A stretch of DNA of 64,000 bases, from positions 1,728,001 through 1,792,000 of the forward strand of contig CBDDIJ010000002.1 in NCBI GenBank assembly GCA_965228855.1. Reading direction: 5' to 3'. The stretch comes from Candidatus Obscuribacterales bacterium (GTDB taxonomy: Bacteria; Cyanobacteriota; Vampirovibrionia; Obscuribacterales; Obscuribacteraceae). Each line of letters starts with the position of its first letter. The first letter of the stretch is position 1. The notes under the pieces were generated by a model that worked only from the letters and a program-made list of their open reading frames with translations, did no database searches and was not told the DNA's origin. Both the position numbers and the translations under genes were made by a program. Of this stretch, positions 1 through 8,845 are shown in pieces.

Positions 1-657
1 GGTCTGAGGGGAGGTTAAACCGTGAAGATGACAGTGATACCAGTAGAGGCCTTGCGGCATGTTCCTTGGAATGTCGTAGCTGTAGGAGTTAGACATGCCC
101 GGCGGAATGTCCAACATGACATTGTCGGAGTTTCCTTTGGGACTGATGTGCGCTCCGTGCGTGTGTAGATTGATCGGTGATGAGGTCATCTGCTCCGGAT
201 ACAACGCAACCGGTTGACCCTTGGCCGTATATGAGGGAACGAAATAATCTCTGATAGTTAGGTTATTGAGTTCGTTTTCAAAATGGACGATCAACTTCTC
301 GCCTGGATAAACTTGCAGCGTTGGACCGGGATACAAATTGCGCCCTGTGTTTTGTCCGTTCGATGCGGTGCCACGAATTATTTCGTAGCTAAACAACAAA
401 AAGTTTTTGGCCGGTTTCGCTACCGTGTCGAGTGATGCTTCACCTTGTCTTGCCGTAAGCCTGACTTCGAGAACGCCGTCTTTGCTCATTAACGCGACTG
501 GTTCTTTAAAGTCCGGTCGTGCAGCCAGGTTTGGCTTGGTTTCAGCGGCTTTTTTCGCGACTGTTTTTCCCCATGCCGCCCCGCCCAACGTCGAAACTGA
601 CGTAGACAAAAGGATTGAACTTAGAATGAGTGAGTTGCATACTCGAGCGTTAAACAT
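1..657 (-). CDS. Multicopper oxidase, N-terminal part (runs off left edge)
   Basis: Not in the ORF track; translated by hand from ATG at 657: signal peptide MFNARVCNSLILSSILLSTSVSTLGGAAWG, then YPGPTLQV, copper motifs INLHTHG (AHISPKGNSDN) and GLYWYHCHLHG. AAGGA upstream. Confidence 0.9.
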   Translation of the reverse strand, partial: MFNARVCNSLILSSILLSTSVSTLGGAAWGKTVAKKAAETKPNLAARPDFKEPVALMSKDGVLEVRLTARQGEASLDTVAKPAKNFLLFSYEIIRGTASNGQNTGRNLYPGPTLQVYPGEKLIVHFENELNNLTIRDYFVPSYTAKGQPVALYPEQMTSSPINLHTHGAHISPKGNSDNVMLDIPPGMSNSYSYDIPRNMPQGLYWYHCHLHGLTSPQT

Positions 658-780
658 CAGTGGCGGTCCTTTGTGGCTGTGGCTAGAGCAAGTTGTAAAA
701 CATTTGCTCTAAGTCTGCGGTAATGTCGGAGAAAATTCGAACGAGTTGAGCCAGCCGCTTCGTTGGCTCGGCTCCTTGGC

Positions 781-1410
781 TCAGCGTCCCTTGCCGTCTA
801 CAAATCTGCTGATTGAAATGATCTCGCCGGTCTTAGAATTTACGGTCACGACTTTCTTTCCGTCCTTGCCTGTGACGCGGAAGTCGTGGACAAGTTTGCC
901 TTCTTTGCCGGATTCCCAGATAAGAATTTCCCAGGCTTCAACGGAGCCAGGATAAGCTTTGAGTGCTTTCTCTTGTGTTTGTTCGATTGTTAGTTTTGCT
1001 TCTTTCAGTCTGGCGCGATCTGCGGCATTCGTGGTTTTGATCTTGCGTCCATCGCTGCTTTGAGAGTCAATTAGAATGCCGATGTTTGTCTTCTTGCCTG
1101 TGTTTCCGTCCAACTCTACTTCACTAATTCGACCGTCTTTACCTTTAATATAGAACGCATACTCCGGTATGCCGTCTTCGACCTGCAGATCCCAGCAGAG
1201 GAGTTCGCCTGGTACCAGTTTCAGTGCCGCATCCTGACCCTTCTCTTTTGAAACCTTTGCTGGTGAAACCTTTGCTTCTGAAACCTTCGCTTCTGCTTTG
1301 GTTGAGCCTTTTGCTTCAGCGGACTTTGCGGTCTTGACCTGATCGGCGGCAAAAGCAGGACCTGAACCGATTACAACGGCCAAGCTCAAGAGAGAAAGCA
1401 AAGTTTTCAT
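781..1410 (-). CDS. Secreted PepSY-domain protein
   Basis: ATG at 1410 after GGAGG; signal peptide; two PepSY-like units (AALKLVPG...EVELDGNTG and KALKAYPG...VTVNSKTGEII); short AKVS(E/P/K) repeats. Confidence 0.75.
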   Translation of the reverse strand: MKTLLSLLSLAVVIGSGPAFAADQVKTAKSAEAKGSTKAEAKVSEAKVSPAKVSKEKGQDAALKLVPGELLCWDLQVEDGIPEYAFYIKGKDGRISEVELDGNTGKKTNIGILIDSQSSDGRKIKTTNAADRARLKEAKLTIEQTQEKALKAYPGSVEAWEILIWESGKEGKLVHDFRVTGKDGKKVVTVNSKTGEIISISRFVDGKGR

Positions 1411-1555
1411 ACGAACCTCCACGAAAGTCTATTGCCACCGCTACCGACGGAGCGAACCTATTCTATATCACCGGGAGGGCCAACTGGCGATTTATCCTGG
1501 TGGATTGATCGGCTGTTTGCGATAATAACGTGGATCTAAACGCGAGGAGCGAACG

Positions 1556-2572
1556 GTGAATCGAAGCTTTCTAATATTGGCCGGGTTTGGCGCGATCGCG
1601 CTTACTGTTTTACCCGCGAGTGCCGACAAGCCGTCTGGAAAATTTACGAGCTTTCCAGTAGCTAAAGCATCACCTCACGGCATCGTTTATCATGGCGCCG
1701 GACCATTGAAGGGCATCTGGTTCACTAACTCTACGCTGGATTCCAAGTCCGGCGCGGTGGAATTTTCACATAAGACCGGAAAGACCGTTACGCACGCCAC
1801 ACCAACTGTGGCTGCGAAAGCTGGATCGATCAACTTCTTCCCAGGCAAAGACGATCTCTGGTTTACCGAGACGAGTGCTAATAAAATCGCACGCATTGAT
1901 GGATCTCGAAAGATCAAAGAATTCGCGATTCCGACTGCCGGTAGCAAACCGTTTGATATCCAGCATGGACCGAACGACTCGATGTGGTTTACTGAATCTG
2001 GCGTTGGCAAGATTGGGAGAATCGACTCGAACGGCAAGATTACTGAGTTCAAAGTTGGAGCCGCGAATGACAAGCCGACTTCTCTAATGGAGCAATCGGG
2101 AGCAATATGGTTCACCGAAGTCGGGACCGGCCGCATTGGCCGTTTGACGACGTCCGGAGAAGTCAGCCACACTGCTACCGGATCTGGGGTCCTGACCGGC
2201 GACATCACCAATAGCAGTGATGGCGCGTTGTGGGCTCCGAAGAAGTCATCTGTGGTGCGCTTGAATACCGACGGCAGCTTGAACGAATTTCCGCTCCCAA
2301 ACGTAGTGAATACGGGAGCGATATTTGGACATGGTGAAGGCGTTTACATCGGGGCTATGAAAAAGGACGGGCAGGGAGCGATTCTCTCGGTTAGTGCTAC
2401 TGGTAAGGTAGAAGAATACGATCTTCCTCGCAAGAATTTGATGCCGGCCGCGATGGCTATAGATCCGGATGGTGGCTTCTTCATGACAGTGACCAGTCAT
2501 CCGTCTGGAGAGTCCGTTCCCGCAATCTGGAGATTGCAATTGGCATCGGAGAAATCAGCTTCAAGTCCTTAG
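1556..2572 (+). CDS. Secreted virginiamycin B lyase (Vgb)-like beta-propeller protein
   Basis: Repeated WFTE...KIGRI blades; signal peptide; GAGGAG RBS before GTG. Confidence 0.8.
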   Translation: MNRSFLILAGFGAIALTVLPASADKPSGKFTSFPVAKASPHGIVYHGAGPLKGIWFTNSTLDSKSGAVEFSHKTGKTVTHATPTVAAKAGSINFFPGKDDLWFTETSANKIARIDGSRKIKEFAIPTAGSKPFDIQHGPNDSMWFTESGVGKIGRIDSNGKITEFKVGAANDKPTSLMEQSGAIWFTEVGTGRIGRLTTSGEVSHTATGSGVLTGDITNSSDGALWAPKKSSVVRLNTDGSLNEFPLPNVVNTGAIFGHGEGVYIGAMKKDGQGAILSVSATGKVEEYDLPRKNLMPAAMAIDPDGGFFMTVTSHPSGESVPAIWRLQLASEKSASSP

Positions 2573-2589
2573 GCACCACTTTTGGTGTC
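2572..2589. terminator. Possible terminator hairpin between convergent genes
   Basis: GGCACCA-CTTT-TGGTGTC stem-loop between stops at 2572 and 2616; no strong U-tract. Confidence 0.3.
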
Positions 2590-2615
2590 AGTATAAATTT
2601 TGTTCGCAATCAGTT

Positions 2616-5162
2616 TCAGTTACGATATGACATATGTGGTGTCACGCTGTCTGGTGTCGCTTGTGGTGATGTCCCTGACTCGTCAACCGCCCTGAGAAGC
2701 TCATCGAAACCTACATTGCAACTTCGCATCACTGCCCGTAAATCGATAAGCATGGTCAGGCGATTGTTTATCAAATTGATGGTTTCGGACCAGCGATGAT
2801 GCGCCTTCCCTTCTGCCGAAAGTTTTTGAACTGTTGAGTCTTTGTTGAGGTTGACGTTTAAAACCTTTGACTCTTTCCAGTACTTGATCAAAACTTCTCG
2901 TCTCGACAGATTCACTGACGAATCGGGTTCTGCTGTATTGAGAAATCGAGTTGTAATCGGTGTCAAACTGACTTGATCTGAATTTTTCCCGAACGCGGAG
3001 ACCAGAGCATTCGGATTGGCTTTGCCGGGGCGCCAGCCGCCATGCTGTTCTACCAACGTAACTGCTCCGAGACCGACGCCGATTGCTGAAGTGATGATGG
3101 CAAGGTAGTTTGTTGCCAAAACATTTTCCGGTCTACCAGTTAATCCAAGTGAAGTGGCAACTTGACCGAGAACGCCACCCTGAAGGAAGTTGACGTTGTT
3201 CGTGAATTGAATGACTTTGTCTCTGCGCCTTTCCATGCGGTCTAGAACTTTGAACTCCACATCGATTTCATGCCCGACGAGATCAGCATCGGTGATCATC
3301 GAAAGGAAGCCCTCATACACCCGTCTTGTAATCAGTAGCTTGGCACTCTCGTCGGAGTTCTCTCTTGCGGCTGTGACTCCATGAACTCCGAGCAAAGCCG
3401 CTGCAGCGGTTGCAGAGTGACTGAGTTTTGCATCAGCGTTTGGAGAACTTGTAGCAGTGGTAACCGGCCAGACCTTCTGCAATAGATCGAGCACTTCAAC
3501 ATCAAACTCATTGTACTGCTGGCGCAGCGAACTCAAAAGAGCAATTCGATTGAGGACCAGTTTGATCGAATCCCGTTTGCAGGACGGCATGCCTCCCAGC
3601 TGTTCGAGGACGCGCCGATCCTTTAAGTTCATGGTGACGACAGAATTTTTCGTCCAGGACTCGATCAAGCATTGGCGCCTTGTTTTGCCGTCTGTTCTGG
3701 AGGGCGAGGATGAGCTCAGATATGCGTAAGTGAGGGGAGAAAAACCTTTCTCGGCGGCAGGTCTCAGATTGAAGAAATCTGCCAACGAGTTTGGTCCGGA
3801 CTCATTTTTGCGCGTTCCACCTTTTAGAGCAAAAAACGATAGACCGGTCAAACCGAGACCGATTCCGCCGGATACGAGCAGTACAATACTGGCTTGATTT
3901 ATTTTGTGTTTCAGAAACAAACCGCTAGCTATCGAGCCAAACGTACCGCCCTGTACGAAGTTGACCTCGTACAGCTTTTGCATCAGATCGCCCTGTCTGG
4001 CGGTCAAGTCTGCAAGGACGGTGTCGACCTGGTAGTTGATCTCTTTCTGGCATCGGTCGCCGGCGACAGCCATATCCAGCCCGCCCGCAACCAATGTCTC
4101 GAGGAGTGTAATTTGTAAATCTCGCTTTTCTTCACTGTCACCGCCCGCGGTATTGAGCGCATTCAGATCTGCAACGACCTCTTCCAGGTGGAGAAGACGC
4201 ACTGCATCGTCGGCACCGCCTCCAAGCGCTGTCGTGGAGATCCGAGTATTTGATTTCGAATAATCGGCAAAGTCACCGCCCCTGACCTGATTCAGCAGGG
4301 CGAGAAGATCCGAGTTAAAACCTTCGATCGAGGTGTAGAGTGACCAGAGTAATACCAGGCGATTGTTGAGATAGTTCTGGCTTCTGGCTTTACCATCGGC
4401 GATGCCAAGCAGAGTCTCCCTTTTCGACATGTCCGCTTTGTAGTTCTGTTTCCAGGCATCATTCAGAAGTTCTTTGCGCGTTTTGGTTTCGCCGGGGGCG
4501 GGTGTGTTTAAATACCGCACTATGAGTGGTGGCAAGTTGGACCCATCAACAGGTTTGCCATTCACGTAAGGGGACATAAATGCCGGCGGCGAGAGGTGAT
4601 GCGCTTTTGCTCGTTTGTTGTAGATAATGCCCAGTATGGGCAGAGACGTTCCGACTCCTGCACTGACGAGCCCTAAGGTAGATTCCCAGACAAATTTTTC
4701 GTTGATGTCGCAGACACCGCCGAGCACTCCAAGAACGCCAAACTGAGTGAAGTTGGCAATATTGAAAAGTTGATTTACCGTGTTTTCCTTGCGCTGCTCT
4801 CGCATGATGGCATCATAGGCATACGCAATTTCGAATTCTAGCCGGCTTTCTGCGACCTGATTCTGTAGATCGGCCTCAAAAACTTTTCGCAGCACCAGGG
4901 CTCTGTAGTCGTTGAGTCGGTGCCGGTCGACGCCGACGCTCGTTCCGCCTCTCCGCATCGAAATAATTTGCTCTGCTTCCTCTCGAATGCCGAGGATATC
5001 GGCTGCCTGAGCTGCATTCGGAGTTAGTGCATTTTGCGAAACATCCGCTAATGCCGCAGAGGTAAGGTACCAGGGCTGAATCGCAATGCTTGTGAGAACG
5101 CAAAGTGCTTTGCGAGCAAATCGGGAGGCGGGCTGTTGGAATTCGTCAAACACCTTCTTCAT
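2616..5162 (-). CDS. Hypothetical exported/membrane protein with three ~250-aa internal repeats (paralog of 5342..7825)
   Basis: 848-aa ORF with signal peptide; motifs NF.Q.G, PN.L, (T/S)R+..L...W and NR...L..L recur three times. Confidence 0.8.
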   Translation of the reverse strand: MKKVFDEFQQPASRFARKALCVLTSIAIQPWYLTSAALADVSQNALTPNAAQAADILGIREEAEQIISMRRGGTSVGVDRHRLNDYRALVLRKVFEADLQNQVAESRLEFEIAYAYDAIMREQRKENTVNQLFNIANFTQFGVLGVLGGVCDINEKFVWESTLGLVSAGVGTSLPILGIIYNKRAKAHHLSPPAFMSPYVNGKPVDGSNLPPLIVRYLNTPAPGETKTRKELLNDAWKQNYKADMSKRETLLGIADGKARSQNYLNNRLVLLWSLYTSIEGFNSDLLALLNQVRGGDFADYSKSNTRISTTALGGGADDAVRLLHLEEVVADLNALNTAGGDSEEKRDLQITLLETLVAGGLDMAVAGDRCQKEINYQVDTVLADLTARQGDLMQKLYEVNFVQGGTFGSIASGLFLKHKINQASIVLLVSGGIGLGLTGLSFFALKGGTRKNESGPNSLADFFNLRPAAEKGFSPLTYAYLSSSSPSRTDGKTRRQCLIESWTKNSVVTMNLKDRRVLEQLGGMPSCKRDSIKLVLNRIALLSSLRQQYNEFDVEVLDLLQKVWPVTTATSSPNADAKLSHSATAAAALLGVHGVTAARENSDESAKLLITRRVYEGFLSMITDADLVGHEIDVEFKVLDRMERRRDKVIQFTNNVNFLQGGVLGQVATSLGLTGRPENVLATNYLAIITSAIGVGLGAVTLVEQHGGWRPGKANPNALVSAFGKNSDQVSLTPITTRFLNTAEPDSSVNLSRREVLIKYWKESKVLNVNLNKDSTVQKLSAEGKAHHRWSETINLINNRLTMLIDLRAVMRSCNVGFDELLRAVDESGTSPQATPDSVTPHMSYRN

Positions 5163-5341
5163 CCCGGCTGTGCTGAGCAGATTCTAGAAAGTTCAATTGA
5201 ATCATCTTGACTGGTTAATATGAGCGGTTTCAGCCTTGTCGAATCTGAGGTTTGTAAAATTAATAACATTGGTCGATTATTTCGCTAATCGCCCCGTTAA
5301 CTTAAGGGAGCGCTTTTGCCAAGAGCATAAACTTGAGGTCT

Positions 5342-7825
5342 ATGTTTCCATTGGCGCGCTCCAACTACCGCTTAGAGTCAACGAATCCGATAACGAGAGT
5401 TTTCGGTTCAGCTCGCCTCATTGCTGCGATGCTTGGATGCTTATTGGTCTGGCAATCTGTATTGCCCCTGGCTGCTTTGGCTGCGATGGAAGCGCGTGAT
5501 TCTTCCGGGTTGAGGGGGCCGCATGATCTTTCCGGCGCGGTGAACGCTCGTGACCTTTCCAGAGCAAACGAAGCGGCTGAAATTCTTGGAGTGCGCAAGA
5601 ATGTCGATCGCATTCTTGCTTTGCAAGCAGCTGGTGGAGGACCCGGTGAAGAGCTGCTATGGAACAAAGCAGTTGTTCTGAAGCAAATTTTGTTGGGTTA
5701 CCTGGAAGTTCGTCAAACTTCCGACCTGCTCGATGAGTCAATCGATGAAACATACGATGCAATCGATAAGCATGTGCGGCGAGTCAACCGTCGTGTCAAC
5801 CTTGCGAACACCGTCAACTTCACCACATTTGGTGTCCTCTTCAACATCGCTGCTGTCGATCGCCTTGAGAATTCATTCAAGGGTTCGAACGAGCTTACAT
5901 TTATCAGTGCCTCTCTGACTGCCGGCTTGGGTGCATTGGCAGTGGGTCTTTCTTATACGGGAGCCGCCGTCGATCGAGGTCGACCCAATCCGCTCGCGAA
6001 TATATTTGGACTGGATAACGTATCGGTTCCCTTGCCGGAGTTGGTTGCTAAATATATAGATGGAACTCCGAAGGACAGCACGCAGTCTCGCAAAGCCGCA
6101 ATGCTTGCGCTGTGGAAAACCAAATTCGGTGTGAATGAATCGAGCGAGTCGCGAAAAATACTTGCGGCTGAATCGACCAGGCGTCATTATGCAACGTTAA
6201 AGCTGCTCAATCAGCGTCTTGCGCTTTTGTTTTCCCTTAACGCTCTTGCGGAGCAATTCGATTCTGAGTTGCTTGCTCTTTTGCGAGTTATCGAAACCAC
6301 TTCGGTTCCGATAGGTACATCGACAGCCTCGAGTGAGGCGACTCTCACTGGTTACGTTGGTGCATCCGGCGCCGAAGCCGCAAAGTTGCTTAAGGTCGAG
6401 CAGTGTACAGCGGATATCATAAACGCGAACAAAGCAGGGGCGCGAAACGGCGATGATTTGCAGATATTAGCCCGGGATCTCTATGTGCTTGAAAAAATTC
6501 TTGGCGCCGCTTTGGAAATTCGTCAAGTTGTGGATCGTATCGATCAGGAAAAGCATTATCAGTTCGATATTCTGCTGCCGCAGCTGACGCGCGTTCGTGA
6601 CCGGGTGAACTTGCTCACCAACACGGCCACATTTACCGAGATTGGCGTTTTGAAAAACATAGCGGGCGGCGCCTTCGCTCGCGGAAGAAACCAGGCTGGT
6701 ACTGAGACTATTCTTACTATGGATGCGATCGCTGTTTTGCTTTCGACGGCTAACCTCGCGTATTTGAAGCTGTATCGCCACAAGCAGGACTCTCAAGTCA
6801 ACGCGCTGGCAAATGTTTATAAACTCGATACGCCGAGTGAATATCACTTCACTTCATTGATTTCGTCGTATCTGGAAGGTGTCCCTCCGGATTCTTCGAA
6901 TGGCGTTAATAGAAAACAGCAGCTATTGGCTCACTGGAAACAGACAGGCGTTTTGTCAAATAAAGAGCGAACCAAGGAAGCGCTTGCGTCCATGCCATCC
7001 ATGCATGACAAGCGAGTCGAGACTATTGAATTGGTCAACAAGCGCATTCGCATGCTATTCGATCTGAAAGGAACAGTTGAAACTCTGGATTCAGGGCTTT
7101 TACAGTTGCTTACCGCTATAATTTTGCCAGCACCTTCGACTCCTGCCGAAAACAGGGTTGATGGGCAATTGGCGCTGATAAAAAGAACCATGCAGAATGC
7201 CCTGGAAATTCGCAGCTCGTGCGACCAAATCGACAATCAACTTTCGCACGAGTACACCGCGAAAGAGGCGATCCTTGCGGCGCGAAGCCGCGGCATTCAG
7301 TACAACAACATTCTCAATTTCACGCAATCGGGCACGCTGGGAGTTGTGGCTTGCGGTTTGGCTTTAAACAATCGTGAGAATCAAGCCAACATATTAGATC
7401 TGGTCTCCGGCTCAGCGGTTCTACTCTTGTCGACGGCAGCGCTGCTACAGCAGCGGATGGGTAGCAGACCGACGAAGCCGGAGTTGAATATGCTTGCTCA
7501 GGTCCTGGTTCCAGGAACGACTCCGCGGGAGTACATTCCGGCATCAGTTTTGCAGTACTTGAATTCGCCGGTGGCGCCAACCGGTTTAACAAGAAGGGAA
7601 ACGTTGATCGAACGATGGAAACGTTCCGGAGTAATTACCACCAACTTGAAGAGTGCGCGCAATCTGAGTAAGTTGGCCGCCTGCGATGAAACTAGCAGAA
7701 AGGAAAGTGTTCAACTTATCACCGATCGAATTGTGATGTTGCATGACGTGCAAACGACTATCGAATCTATGGATAAGCAGTTGGTAACAGCACTTAAAGA
7801 GGCACCAGTTTCCATGGAAAATTGA
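5342..7825 (+). CDS. Hypothetical exported/membrane protein with three internal repeats (paralog of 2616..5162)
   Basis: ATG at 5342 after GAGG; same triple-repeat motifs (NFTTFG/TFTEIG/NFTQSG; PNPLA/VNALA/LNMLA; SRK/NRK/TRR...W). Confidence 0.8.
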   Translation: MFPLARSNYRLESTNPITRVFGSARLIAAMLGCLLVWQSVLPLAALAAMEARDSSGLRGPHDLSGAVNARDLSRANEAAEILGVRKNVDRILALQAAGGGPGEELLWNKAVVLKQILLGYLEVRQTSDLLDESIDETYDAIDKHVRRVNRRVNLANTVNFTTFGVLFNIAAVDRLENSFKGSNELTFISASLTAGLGALAVGLSYTGAAVDRGRPNPLANIFGLDNVSVPLPELVAKYIDGTPKDSTQSRKAAMLALWKTKFGVNESSESRKILAAESTRRHYATLKLLNQRLALLFSLNALAEQFDSELLALLRVIETTSVPIGTSTASSEATLTGYVGASGAEAAKLLKVEQCTADIINANKAGARNGDDLQILARDLYVLEKILGAALEIRQVVDRIDQEKHYQFDILLPQLTRVRDRVNLLTNTATFTEIGVLKNIAGGAFARGRNQAGTETILTMDAIAVLLSTANLAYLKLYRHKQDSQVNALANVYKLDTPSEYHFTSLISSYLEGVPPDSSNGVNRKQQLLAHWKQTGVLSNKERTKEALASMPSMHDKRVETIELVNKRIRMLFDLKGTVETLDSGLLQLLTAIILPAPSTPAENRVDGQLALIKRTMQNALEIRSSCDQIDNQLSHEYTAKEAILAARSRGIQYNNILNFTQSGTLGVVACGLALNNRENQANILDLVSGSAVLLLSTAALLQQRMGSRPTKPELNMLAQVLVPGTTPREYIPASVLQYLNSPVAPTGLTRRETLIERWKRSGVITTNLKSARNLSKLAACDETSRKESVQLITDRIVMLHDVQTTIESMDKQLVTALKEAPVSMEN

Positions 7826-7873
7826 TAAACCTGTGACTCGTTTTGTCGCTCCGAATGTTTTCTTCTAATCAAT

Positions 7874-8845
7874 ATGACTCAAAATTCAACACGTTCAACA
7901 CCACCACCACCATCAGCCGAAACCGTTCATTTGACAAAGTTGTCGGTAAACGGCGGAGATGTCGGCGAGCATGTTAACTGGCTCGCGCGTCTGATGATGG
8001 TTGGTGTGGGAAGCGGAACCGTTTTGTCCGCGGAAATTATTCCGTCTAACTCACCTGATGAGAACGTCTGGACGCTTGTTCAGCGGTTTCACGAGCAGCA
8101 GTTGATAGCTGAGTGGCACGCGAATTCGGATCGTTTGAAACTGTTGGAAGAAGTGGCGCAGAAAATCGAACGCAACGAGATCGCCCTGACTGACGAAGTT
8201 AGTTCAACCTATGGCACCGTGGGTAGTGTCGCGGTTGCGATTGTTACTCAAGTGAAATCAGGTTTGGAAGCAACCTATCTCGAGTTCGAGAAACAGTTTC
8301 AGTCGGCTCAAGCGAAGCAGCGAGGGTATCGCGGTGTCTATCTGCAACCGCCGACCAAGAAGACTCCAGGCATTTGGACGACGTTGATTCGGTTCGATTC
8401 ACCGGATGCCCTGGACGAATGGTTTGTGTCCGAGGAGCGGAAGAAGCTGCTCGCGCTTTCCGATCCGGTAGTGAGTTCCACCGACTACCAGACGGTGAAT
8501 GGATCGTTTCCGGGCTGGTTCCCCGCGCAAGAAACCGGCGGGAAAGGACCGCCCAATTGGAAAACAGCTCTGCTGATTCTTCTCGGTTTGTATCCTATCG
8601 TGATGCTGGAAATTCGTTTTCTTAACCCGGCGTTGCACGATTTGAATTCGGCAATTGCCAACTTCATCGGCAACAGCATAAGTGTGGCATTGACGACATG
8701 GCTTACCATGCCGCTTGCCATCAAGTTCTTCACGCCGTGGCTGTTTCCCAAAAAAGACACGCCTGCATGGGTGGGTCCAGCCGGTGTTGCTCTGATCGTT
8801 GTGATTTTCGCGGTGGAAATAGCGCTTTTATGGAGGTTGCTCTAA
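7874..8845 (+). CDS. Antibiotic biosynthesis monooxygenase (ABM)-type protein with C-terminal membrane helices
   Basis: Two ferredoxin-like ABM units (W..L.RF...L.EW..S.ER), then PPNWKTALLILLGLYP and three TM helices. Confidence 0.8.
   Translation: MTQNSTRSTPPPPSAETVHLTKLSVNGGDVGEHVNWLARLMMVGVGSGTVLSAEIIPSNSPDENVWTLVQRFHEQQLIAEWHANSDRLKLLEEVAQKIERNEIALTDEVSSTYGTVGSVAVAIVTQVKSGLEATYLEFEKQFQSAQAKQRGYRGVYLQPPTKKTPGIWTTLIRFDSPDALDEWFVSEERKKLLALSDPVVSSTDYQTVNGSFPGWFPAQETGGKGPPNWKTALLILLGLYPIVMLEIRFLNPALHDLNSAIANFIGNSISVALTTWLTMPLAIKFFTPWLFPKKDTPAWVGPAGVALIVVIFAVEIALLWRLL

Noticed and set aside
407..712. 101-aa plus-strand ORF
   Set aside because: Shadow of the minus-strand multicopper oxidase.
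1246..1295. 15-bp tandem repeats
   Set aside because: In-frame AKVS(E/P/K) linker repeats of the PepSY protein.
1556..2572. True streptogramin resistance gene vgb
   Set aside because: Only the propeller fold is evident; the protein is secreted and catalytic residues were not verified.
8698..8844. N-terminal extension of the XDH ORF in the ORF track
   Set aside because: Overlaps the ABM gene; the GGAGG and TAATG junction support ATG 8845.
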